From: Thermoplasmata archaeon
Lineage (GTDB): Archaea > Thermoplasmatota > Thermoplasmata > Lutacidiplasmatales > UBA184
Length of the DNA stretch: 64,000 nt
Direction: 5' to 3'
Assembly: GCA_035945215.1 (NCBI GenBank)
Contig: DASZAJ010000002.1
Span: forward strand, 133,057-197,056
This document shows positions 8,087-16,590 of this stretch, one piece after another. Every line of letters starts with the position of its first letter. Within the stretch, counting starts at the first letter, position 1. The position numbers and the translations under genes were made by a program. Under the pieces are notes generated by a model. It saw only the letters and a list, made by a program, of their open reading frames with translations, had not been told where the DNA came from and did no database searches.

Positions 8087-8456
8087 GTGGGCGAGACGGA
8101 CCGCAAACGGTTGAACCTTGCTCCAGCGAGGCGATGGGATTCGAGGACAGTTCTTTCAATCCTTAGGAGAAAGGTCCCCGAAGGCTGATGCTGGGCTCGG
8201 CTATGCTTCAGGGTCGGAATGTGGCGGGAACGAATATGTCCAAGAACAGCACGCCAAACCGCGTTTACAGGGCCATAGGGCGAAAAAGCACGACTGACGC
8301 GGCTCGGTTGGGGTGGGGGTCGCAATCAAGGGCCTACTCGTCCGGAGGCCCATCGGGCTTCCGAGGTATTTGCAAGAAGGAGTAGTGCAAGGGAGGGTCC
8401 CCGGTCTCAAGCGTTGGGGCCATTTGTGTTGGCTCTTGGTTCGGCCAAAATGGGAG

Positions 8457-9491
8457 TTAGCGGGCTGGTTCAAAGAGGCGGTCGTACCGATGGGCGACCG
8501 GGACCCGAGTTCCAGCCCATGGCCACCGAACCACCGCGATGCCCTTCAGGTAACGCTGTATCGTCAACGCCACGTCGGCCGCGGGGCGTACCCGATGAGC
8601 TCCGGGCCCGGCCGACAATGTCGCAAGAAGGACCTCCTGGTCGTCGGTGACGAATAGGAACGGGCCGACCCCGCACTCTCCGACCATGGCCCGGAACAAT
8701 TCCTGCGGGCGGTGTGGTGGAATCAGGCTCCCGTGGACCACGGCTGCCCAGCCGGGGAAACCCTGCACTGAAGCCGCGAGTGCGGTCGGGTCGAGGAACG
8801 ACCGAAATGTCATCCACCCTCGTCGAAAGTATCGATCCTCGGTGCGTAGCCACGGGAACCCCCGCTCCCTCGACGGCGGCCCAGAACGTTCCGTCCGATC
8901 GACGGCGGAGCAGACGATGCGTTCGATAGTTTTCCGATGGGATAGCGAGGGCCCCCGTGCCCCCGCCGGGTCGGAGTGCGGAAGTCCTCCCCCGAAGGGG
9001 TGAGGGTAGCCGAGCAGCCCCGAGAGTCCGGCGAATCGGACCCACGCCGCCTCAAAGTCGAAGAACGCCGGGACCGAACGAGCTTCACTGGCTACTTGGA
9101 GCTGGTAACTGACTCGGCTCATGTCGTCCGCGTTGAGGACGTTGGCGAGTTCCCGGGAATGCGATCTCCGGGATGCAAAGAACCCCAGCACCGCTTCTTC
9201 GGAGGCGTAGAGGTGAAGACACTCCGGTCGGGCGGCCCATGCGTCGACCAGCTCCTGGGCTCGGTCGACGAGCGGCGAGGCGACCGCGATCGTCCACCGG
9301 TCGTAACCGAAGAAGGCGGGCTCGGGAAGGAAGCGATCTTGGACCCATCCGCGGTCGAACGCCCGGCGGCGAATGCTTTGCAGAGTGCGGCGAGGGATTG
9401 AAGCTTCGCCGGCCGGCCAGCTAGCGGGCGGACGGTCCCGAGCGATGAGAACTCGGACCACCCTCGCTTCGGACGGACTCAGCACTCTCAC
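8457..9491 (-). CDS. Uncharacterised HTH-containing protein (Lrp/AsnC-like architecture), paralog of 43928-44938
   Basis: N-terminal helical HTH-like region (IPRRTLQSIRRRAFDRGW). Shares PEC, P.(F/Y)FD, W.RF.G, GYP and CGV.PFL with 43928-44938. Confidence 0.6.
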   Translation of the reverse strand: MRVLSPSEARVVRVLIARDRPPASWPAGEASIPRRTLQSIRRRAFDRGWVQDRFLPEPAFFGYDRWTIAVASPLVDRAQELVDAWAARPECLHLYASEEAVLGFFASRRSHSRELANVLNADDMSRVSYQLQVASEARSVPAFFDFEAAWVRFAGLSGLLGYPHPFGGGLPHSDPAGARGPSLSHRKTIERIVCSAVDRTERSGPPSRERGFPWLRTEDRYFRRGWMTFRSFLDPTALAASVQGFPGWAAVVHGSLIPPHRPQELFRAMVGECGVGPFLFVTDDQEVLLATLSAGPGAHRVRPAADVALTIQRYLKGIAVVRWPWAGTRVPVAHRYDRLFEPAR

Positions 9492-9569
9492 GATTTGGGT
9501 GGAGGACCCGGACGGCCTTGGAGGTTCTCTCTTTCGGTAATTACCTCCATTTCCACCGCCTCGGCCGGC

Positions 9570-11429
9570 TTAGGCGAGGTCATCGAGCGGATCTTCGGCC
9601 GGCGAGGCGGCGGAAGGAACACCGGGGGCGGGCAGACCCACCTCCTCGGACGGGGAGGCGCCGAAGGCCAGATCGGTCACGCGGTACGGGTTTTCCTCGT
9701 CCGATCCCGTCGAGGCTGCCTCGCGCCCCCGACGGATCCACATCACAATGGCCGCCGCAAGCCCGAGAATCACTACGAGTCCGATGCCGATGGCAGAGCC
9801 GTAGGTCGTGGAGAACGCGGGGCCATTGGGGGTCCCAGAATGGACCACGAGAGTCACCTCGGCCGAACTGGCGGCCCCGGAGGCGTCGCGAACCTGCACC
9901 ACCAGCCTCGAGGTGCCGACGGAGACTGGGATACAGCTCCATGACGCCCGATCCGCCGCCGTGCAGCCCGCCGGTACGCCCGAGTAGATGTATGTCAGCG
10001 GTCCCGTCCCTCCGGAGGTCGTCACCGAAAACGTGGCCCGTTGGCCAAGCGTAATGTCAGCCGGGCTTACCTGGAACAGGAGAATCCTCAGCGAGCTTGC
10101 GTTCGCCGTGTTGTTGTTCGAGAAGGCGATCTTGACCAGGACACTCCCGCCGGCCACCGTGACTTTTCCTCCGGAAGGCGTTGCGTTGTAAACGGTAGAT
10201 GAGGAGGTCACCGCCGGGATCGAGAACTTGTAGGTACCGTTCGGCTCGCCGACAATCAGGTCCGACTCGGTCGTCGCGGTGGCCGTGCCGTTCACGGTCA
10301 CCGTCCAGTTTGCGGATGGTGGGAGTCCAGTCTCGTTGAACACGACGGCGTACTGCCAGGGATTGGTATGTCGGAATGAGATCATCGTGTTGACCGACGC
10401 TCCGGCGATGGTGACGGAGCCGGTGGCCGGGGTCTCGGTGAACCCGATCATGGGCTCGATCGTAAACCCGTAGGTTCCATTCGGAACCCAGGTTACAATT
10501 GGCGGGGAGCCCCCCAACAGGGTGCATGGGTTCCCTGGCGTCAAGTTGGTCACGCATGCGGAAAAGCTGGAACCAGCCGGTAATCCCGTCTCGTTGAAGG
10601 TAAGCATGTACTCCTGGCCCGAGAAGGTGAGCGACACGTTCGCCCCGGTTCCGTTGATCACGACGGTCCCGTTCGATGGGGTCGCTCGGTACATGGAAGA
10701 TCCGTTGCGGCCATACCCTGGCCCGAGATAGAACGCATATGTACCGTTGGAAACAAGATAGGTCTGGTTCGAGGAATTGGAGGCGGTCGATATCCCCAAC
10801 ATGGTGACGTACCAGAAATCTCCAGCGGGCAGCCCCGACTCCTGAAATCTCAACGGATACACCGGTGCCGGTTGGAAGACGATCTGGACGGTCTGGTTGG
10901 CCCCTGCGACGGTGACCGTGCCCGAGGCGGGGCTCGGCAGATACCCCGACACCGGGATGATCTCGAACGAATAGGTTCCATTGGACATAGAGAAGGCAAT
11001 CGCGGACCCGAATCCCCGGGTGTAATCGCCTCCGAACTGGACCGCCCAGCTCGAGAATCCCTTCCCGCCGGGACGGGTGGTCTCATTGAAAAAAACGAGG
11101 TAGGACGACCCGGCGGGGGATACGGCATCCGGGAGGGCATGCTTGGCGCCGAGATATAGCGCCAGCGCTGTCGACGAGGGGTGGATACCCCGGAATGGGA
11201 GCTTCGCGAAGGAGGGACCTCCGGACGCGCCTGAAACGGGAAGCGACAGGACGCCCACGCCGAGGATTGCTATCGCCATGAGGAACGCCCCCGCCGCGGT
11301 GAGAAACGCCGCCCTCCCAGCTCGATACGAGGAGCCCGCTACCGGGACGGATCGAGGAGCCCGCGACCCAGTCCTCGGCAAGTCGAGTCCAAATTTGGAA
11401 CCCGGTTCGACCTTCATGGCCCTTCTCAA
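9570..11429 (-). CDS. Surface protein with thermopsin-type Ig-like repeats and C-terminal TM
   Basis: Signal/TM segment, four F.E(T/S)GL...W..NGTY repeats, C-terminal TM plus RR, many N-x-S/T sequons. Confidence 0.8.
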   Translation of the reverse strand: MRRAMKVEPGSKFGLDLPRTGSRAPRSVPVAGSSYRAGRAAFLTAAGAFLMAIAILGVGVLSLPVSGASGGPSFAKLPFRGIHPSSTALALYLGAKHALPDAVSPAGSSYLVFFNETTRPGGKGFSSWAVQFGGDYTRGFGSAIAFSMSNGTYSFEIIPVSGYLPSPASGTVTVAGANQTVQIVFQPAPVYPLRFQESGLPAGDFWYVTMLGISTASNSSNQTYLVSNGTYAFYLGPGYGRNGSSMYRATPSNGTVVINGTGANVSLTFSGQEYMLTFNETGLPAGSSFSACVTNLTPGNPCTLLGGSPPIVTWVPNGTYGFTIEPMIGFTETPATGSVTIAGASVNTMISFRHTNPWQYAVVFNETGLPPSANWTVTVNGTATATTESDLIVGEPNGTYKFSIPAVTSSSTVYNATPSGGKVTVAGGSVLVKIAFSNNNTANASSLRILLFQVSPADITLGQRATFSVTTSGGTGPLTYIYSGVPAGCTAADRASWSCIPVSVGTSRLVVQVRDASGAASSAEVTLVVHSGTPNGPAFSTTYGSAIGIGLVVILGLAAAIVMWIRRGREAASTGSDEENPYRVTDLAFGASPSEEVGLPAPGVPSAASPAEDPLDDLA

Positions 11430-11578
11430 GGAGGGAGTCTACATAATTGACCGGCGCAAGAATCGGCTGGACTTCCTGCGTGAGTGCCGTAGCTAGAGCG
11501 ACGTCCCCCAGGATTCGACTGATCTGCGCGAGGATCCCAGCGATTGCTTCGACGTCGCGGATCGACCCAGACCGTGGC

Positions 11579-12235
11579 TCAATCCGCGGGGCCGGTGGCC
11601 CGTCGCTTGAGTGGGGGGTGCGGCATGTGAACCCGATGGATGCACTCCGGGGCACCCCTCGAAATCGTTGGCCCGATCTCCACCTTTGTCGCCCCCACGA
11701 GCGAACCGGCGAGGACAGTGTGGAATACGTCACAAATCAGCTCAGGATATCTTTCCGCCACCTGGAGTACCGGGCAGTTGCGGCTGACCAGGATCTTGGT
11801 GCCGTTTTCACTTCGGAGCTCGGGTTGGAACCCAAGGTCCTCCAGAAGAGGAAGAGTGGCGTTGATCGACTTGGGTCCGCCGGCGTCCCGAGCCAGAAGT
11901 CGGGCCCCTTCGGCGAACGCCTCGCGTCCGCCGTCCTCCGAACTCTTCGCACTCAGAACTCGGGTGATCGTTTCGAGGACGAGATCGTACTTGGCGTAGA
12001 GAGTTTCTCGTCCTTCCCGAGTCGGAGAGTACAATAGGCGCGGGCGCCCCCGGCCCGTGCGTTCCGATCTTGTCTGGACGAGTCCCGCCGCGACGAGCTG
12101 CTCCATGTGACGTCGAACCACCGTCAGGTGGAACCCGGTGGCTTCGGTCAAGTCCGCCGCGGAGAGCGGAGCATTCAATATCCGACGAAGGAAGTCGAGC
12201 TTGGTCTTAGGGAGTAGGGGGGAGACTCGACTCAT
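11579..12235 (-). CDS. ArsR-type HTH regulator (COG2345/SufR-like) with C-terminal Cys residues
   Basis: VVRRHMEQLVAAGLV...GRGRPRLLY wHTH; NCP...C...H...C in the C-terminal domain. Confidence 0.8.
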   Translation of the reverse strand: MSRVSPLLPKTKLDFLRRILNAPLSAADLTEATGFHLTVVRRHMEQLVAAGLVQTRSERTGRGRPRLLYSPTREGRETLYAKYDLVLETITRVLSAKSSEDGGREAFAEGARLLARDAGGPKSINATLPLLEDLGFQPELRSENGTKILVSRNCPVLQVAERYPELICDVFHTVLAGSLVGATKVEIGPTISRGAPECIHRVHMPHPPLKRRATGPAD

Positions 12236-12483
12236 GGACTCTCCTCGGAGCGCACGAACCCCCTCTTATTGATGCCGAGGGGAGGACTTCGATTCACCCG
12301 AGTCTGCACGTTCGGTCGGTGGAACCTCTCAGCGCTCTCCACGCACCGGGCGACGTTCACTCCGACCCGACCGGCAAATGACCCTCTCCCAATCGACGGC
12401 GTGTGGATACGTTTCAAGCGCTTCAATTAACATCATTTACAGCAATAATAGACATTTTAATACCATGGCGCACTGCCCGTATC

Positions 12484-13029
12484 ATGGACTCCCCGAGCGT
12501 CTCCCTAAAATCTGGGATGAGGAAACTGTGGGCCGACCACGTCATCTGGACCCGCCAATACATCGTGGCGGCGGTCGCCGGCTCCGCCGATGCGGACGCG
12601 GCCGCCACTCGATTGCTGAAGAACCAGGATGACATCGGTCACGCGATCGTGCCGTTCTATGGCGATGGGGCGGGCAAGGCTCTGACCGCGCTTCTCAAGC
12701 AGCACATCATGATCGCGGTCGACCTCGTCGCCGCGGCCAAATTGGGGGATACCCCGAAGTTCAAGGACGCCGACGCCCGCTGGAGTGCCAATGTTGTCGA
12801 GATCGCCGGCCTTCTCAGTGGGGCGAACCCGGCGTGGCCCAAGAAGGACGTGCTCGACCTGCTCAACCTTCACCTGAAGCTGACCAAGGACGAAGCCGTC
12901 GCGAGGCTCGGGAAGCAATGGGCCGCGGACGTGCAGGCGTTCGACGACATCTTCGTGGAGATCAACACGGTCGCGGACACTCTGACGGCCGGGATCATCG
13001 CCCAGTTCCCGGCCAAGTTCCCGATGTAG
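12484..13029 (+). CDS. Helical-bundle His-containing protein (ferritin-like, putative metal-binding)
   Basis: LWADHVIWTR, LLKNQDDIG, LKQHI, LNLHLKLT. AT-rich promoter-like stretch (ttttaata at about 12455) around 25 bp upstream of the ATG. Confidence 0.6.
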   Translation: MDSPSVSLKSGMRKLWADHVIWTRQYIVAAVAGSADADAAATRLLKNQDDIGHAIVPFYGDGAGKALTALLKQHIMIAVDLVAAAKLGDTPKFKDADARWSANVVEIAGLLSGANPAWPKKDVLDLLNLHLKLTKDEAVARLGKQWAADVQAFDDIFVEINTVADTLTAGIIAQFPAKFPM

Positions 13030-13072
13030 GTCGATTGCCCGGGAAGAGGGAGAGTCGGGGGTCGAAGGGCCG

Positions 13073-13681
13073 ATGACCGAGGGTACCACCGCTGGGGCGG
13101 CCGTCCGGGTCGATTCCCAGCCCCTCTCGGTCCTTTCGAGGTCCCCCCCGCCGACCTCCCTCGCGCTGGGCGATCGCGCCGTCGAATTCTCCGCGCTTGA
13201 GGGTGTCGACGGTGTTCGGTACTCTCTCGAACAGTTCCGTGATGCGGCGGTCGTCGTCCTGATGTTCACGGGCAATGCATGTCCCGCGGCCAAGGGATGC
13301 ATGGCGCAGGTAGTCGCATTCCAGGAGGCCTTCGGGACCCGCGGGGTGAAAGTCGTCGGGATCGACTCGAACAACCCGTACCTCTCGCCCGAGGATACGA
13401 TGGAGGGGATGGTTCGGACGGCGGCGACGTATCGATTGAACTTCCCCTTCCTGAAGGATCCGGAAGGCAGGGTGGCGCGCCAGTTTGGGGCGGTGAACAC
13501 CCCACATTTCCTTGTCCTGGACCAGGAGCGTCGCCTCCGGTACCGGGGACGAATGTTCGATTCTCGTGAGCCCGAGCGGGCAACCACCCATGACCTCCAC
13601 GACGCGGTGGTCAGCCTCCTTGAAGGACGGCCGGTCGCCTTGCCGGAAACGAAGCCTTTGGGCTGCAGCATCGTCTGGTAA
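13073..13681 (+). CDS. Thioredoxin-fold AhpC/TSA (peroxiredoxin-like) protein
   Basis: FTGNACP, GIDSN, FPFLKD, ARQFGAVNTPHF, YRGR, PLGCSIVW. Confidence 0.88.
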   Translation: MTEGTTAGAAVRVDSQPLSVLSRSPPPTSLALGDRAVEFSALEGVDGVRYSLEQFRDAAVVVLMFTGNACPAAKGCMAQVVAFQEAFGTRGVKVVGIDSNNPYLSPEDTMEGMVRTAATYRLNFPFLKDPEGRVARQFGAVNTPHFLVLDQERRLRYRGRMFDSREPERATTHDLHDAVVSLLEGRPVALPETKPLGCSIVW

Positions 13682-13704
13682 CGATTCCGCGAAGGAGACC
13701 CATC

Positions 13705-14517
13705 GTGTGGTCCCTGTACCTCTTCGCGGGCCTCACCGGCGCGTCCGCCTACGTCGGAATCCGGTTGGCGAGCGCGCAGTGGTTGTCGGCCCGAGGGCGG
13801 GCTTGGCTCGCATCGGCGGCGCTCGGCATCCTGTTGTTCGTCATCTACGACATTTTCAGGGACGCTCAGGGGCTGATCTCGGGGAGTGCGGCGCAGGAGT
13901 ACGGCGCTCTGCTCGGTGAGGCCATCTTCGGTGGGGGATTGTCGGCGGCGCTCGGGGCGTTGTTCTGGGCGGAGCGAGTCGTCACGGTCCCAAGGCGGCG
14001 GATGCAGTCACCTCTGCGCCCGGTCCGGTCCGCCCTCGGACTTTCATCGGGGACCAGTTCGGTCCAACTCCCCGTTGTGGTCGCCGCGGGAATCGGGGCC
14101 CACGGCCTATTCGAGGGGTTCGCCGTCGGGACCGCCTTCGAGACGGGCGTCCTTTCGCTCGCCATGGTCCTCGTGGTCGGAATCTGCCTGCACAAGGTCG
14201 GGGAGGGAGCGTGTATCTGCGGATGCTCGATGGCCTCCTCCGGCCGCTACTCCTCCGTTCAACTCGCCGGCCTGGGAGTGCTCGCGGGCGCACCGATCAC
14301 CTTGGGGATCCTGACGGGAAACTTGGTCGCGTCTACGACGTGGATCTCCATCATGTCATTCGGCGCGGCGATCGGGGTAATGGCGTTCGTTGGGATCCAA
14401 CTCGCCCGCAGGGCACTGTTGGAGCGCCAGCCTATGGTCCCGAGATTGGGCGGGGTTGCCATCGGACTCCTTGTCGCGGTGGCAACGAGCTTGCTCATTG
14501 GATTGGGCCTGGGCTGA
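13705..14517 (+). CDS. ZIP-family divalent metal transporter
   Basis: About 8 TM; GIGAHGLFEGFAVG and GICLHKVGEG transport-site motifs. Confidence 0.8.
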   Translation: MWSLYLFAGLTGASAYVGIRLASAQWLSARGRAWLASAALGILLFVIYDIFRDAQGLISGSAAQEYGALLGEAIFGGGLSAALGALFWAERVVTVPRRRMQSPLRPVRSALGLSSGTSSVQLPVVVAAGIGAHGLFEGFAVGTAFETGVLSLAMVLVVGICLHKVGEGACICGCSMASSGRYSSVQLAGLGVLAGAPITLGILTGNLVASTTWISIMSFGAAIGVMAFVGIQLARRALLERQPMVPRLGGVAIGLLVAVATSLLIGLGLG

Positions 14518-14958
14518 CCCGCCGACGATACGGTCGGGCACGGCGTAGGCGGGTCGCAGACGGCGGCGAAATCAAGATCCTCCGACTGACCAGAGGCGGG
14601 GGCCTCCCTGGTCGGAGGAGGAAGCGAGCCATGCGAACGGCGTCCGCCCCTTGGGCCGAGTGCGCCGAATGAATCGCGGAAGCCGGTGGTCAGCGCTCGT
14701 CCGGCCGGGACAGTAGGCGGATCTCCACCGGTTCGGGTACGGCCTGGAGTTCAATCGCCTAGCACGTTCCGCTCAGCTTGGTCGTCCCATCATCTTGAGC
14801 CCTCCCCTTCATGGTCGGTCCAATAACCGATGGGCGCACGCGTCCGAGAATCGCGATCCGGCCTTTCAGATGGGACCCCCCCTCGAGATCCCTTGCTACC
14901 GACTTCGCAAGGCCCCGCAAATGCCCAAACCTAGCGCGCCTTTTCGCCCGGTCGAATT

Positions 14959-14984
14959 CATAAATACATGATTCATGAATCCTG
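14959..14984 (+). promoter_or_regulatory. TATA-like box plus palindromic operator of the vapBC pair
   Basis: cataaata at 14959-14966 and perfect 12-bp palindrome gattcatgaatc at 14970-14981, just before ATG 14988. Confidence 0.6.
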
Positions 14985-14987
14985 ATA

Positions 14988-15236
14988 ATGACCGTCATCC
15001 AGACTCGTCTCCGCGAGCTTGAGTACGACTTGCTTCGCAGGAGAGCGCGGGCGGAGCACCGCCCGATACAGGACATCGTGAGGGAGGCCATTCGAGCCCA
15101 TGTTCTGAACGATTCGGTGGTCCGGGGCGACCCGATCTTCCGTGAATTGGCGCCTCGAGGAACTCGTCGTGGGCGAGATCGCAGCTCCGAACAGGTCGAC
15201 GCCCTCCTTTACCCATCCAGCCGATTATCTTCGTAG
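14988..15236 (+). CDS. vapB: Ribbon-helix-helix (CopG/VapB-like) antitoxin
   Basis: MTVIQTRL...LRRRARAEHRPIQDIVREAI; ends with a VDALLY motif typical of VapB tails; lies upstream of a PIN gene. Confidence 0.7.
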   Translation: MTVIQTRLRELEYDLLRRRARAEHRPIQDIVREAIRAHVLNDSVVRGDPIFRELAPRGTRRGRDRSSEQVDALLYPSSRLSS

Positions 15237-15640
15237 ACACCTCGGCCTGGTTCGTCCTGCTCGCGGAAGGGGACGCCCATCGACCTGAGGCCGAGGTATT
15301 CTTCTCGGAGATCGGGAAGGGTCCCTTCGGTGCCCCACTCACGACCGACTTCGTACTGGAAGAGGCATTCACTCTCTTGCGATTGCGATGGGGGATCGAT
15401 CCAGTTCGCCGTCTTGCGGGCCTACTTCGACGGAGTCCTACGGTCCGCAGGGTTTCGATCAACGACTCGAAGGTCGAGGCGGCCCTTGAGCTCATGCTTT
15501 CGCACGCGGACAAGCGTTGGAGTTTCACCGATTGTTCAAGCTTCGTCACCATGCGGGAGGTGGGCTTGAATCGTGCATTCACGCTCGATCACAACTTCGC
15601 CGAAGCCGGTTTCGAAGTGCTCCCGAAAACCTGGGCGTGA
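15224..15640 (+). CDS. vapC: PIN-domain VapC toxin lacking a canonical start codon (ATT at 15224)
   Basis: IIFVDTSAW...TTDFVLEEAFTLL...SFTDCSSF...AFTLDHNF. No ATG/GTG/TTG in frame between the stop at 15143 and codon 15224. Confidence 0.8.
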   Translation: MIFVDTSAWFVLLAEGDAHRPEAEVFFSEIGKGPFGAPLTTDFVLEEAFTLLRLRWGIDPVRRLAGLLRRSPTVRRVSINDSKVEAALELMLSHADKRWSFTDCSSFVTMREVGLNRAFTLDHNFAEAGFEVLPKTWA

Positions 15641-15747
15641 TCCAGGTATTCTTCGGTTGCCTGCCGGCTTGGGTCACTCGACCCATTCCCAGGGCATGAC
15701 CACCCCTTGACCCGATTCATCAACAATGCGCCCAAGAACGCTTCGAC

Positions 15748-16260
15748 CTACTTTTTCGATCTCGGCGGGGGTGCGTACCGGCGGCTCCACTCGTCGGAGA
15801 GCTCATCGCGCCGAGGTCGGTAGACCTCCTCGTAGAACCTCCGTTGGGACTCGAGCGTCACCCGATCGAATTCCGCGACGATCCCCACCGCCTCCTCCCA
15901 CGCGGCCCGGAAGTTCTCCTTTGGCCCGAACCTAGCTCCAACGGCTCGTTCGAACTCCTGCGCGGTCTGGATCTTGTCGCCGATGGTGAACGTGGTTTCG
16001 TGTGTGTCGGGGGCCCGGATCGCCTCTTCGTCGCCGAGTCGGAATAAGTTGGGGACCAGCTCTCGCTCCGGTGAGAGGGACGGTTCGCCGGTCTTCGGAG
16101 CGCGACGTTGGAATCCCCGTTTGGCCGCCGCATAGAAGATGGCGCGATTCAGACCCCAGGAGTACGCAGAATCCGTGGAGAGACCGAGCGAATGGGCGCG
16201 GGCCGCCTGGAGAACGGCCATGACCACGAATCGCGTCACCCGCCCTTGGTTACGCACCAT
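15748..16260 (-). CDS. Hypothetical protein, likely conserved
   Basis: Globular coding-like sequence (RFVVMAVLQAARA...SWGLNRAIFYAAAKRGF...FYEEVYRPRRDEL); function not recognised. Confidence 0.65.
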   Translation of the reverse strand: MVRNQGRVTRFVVMAVLQAARAHSLGLSTDSAYSWGLNRAIFYAAAKRGFQRRAPKTGEPSLSPERELVPNLFRLGDEEAIRAPDTHETTFTIGDKIQTAQEFERAVGARFGPKENFRAAWEEAVGIVAEFDRVTLESQRRFYEEVYRPRRDELSDEWSRRYAPPPRSKK

Positions 16261-16590
16261 GGATGGCTCCGGCTCTTCTGGGGACGATGAAGGATGGATC
16301 GTGGGCGAGAATAGGTTTCCCGCCTCGAACACCTCGACTGCGGGCCAGGGGTCCTCGTGCCGAACGCTGGGGTCTCCAACGGGGCCGCGCGCTGCCCGCG
16401 CGCGTCACCGGGCCGGCGGAACCTTATAGAGCCCGTCGGTCCCTGTGCGGGAGCCTTGCTGGGCCCGTCGTTCCGCCTGAACCGGACCTCATCACTACCT
16501 GCGCGCTTCTCTCGCGGGAACCCGATCAACACTGAGAGACCACCAGCGATTCCATCGGGCGGGCCACACCGACGTCGCCCTTTCGGAGGG

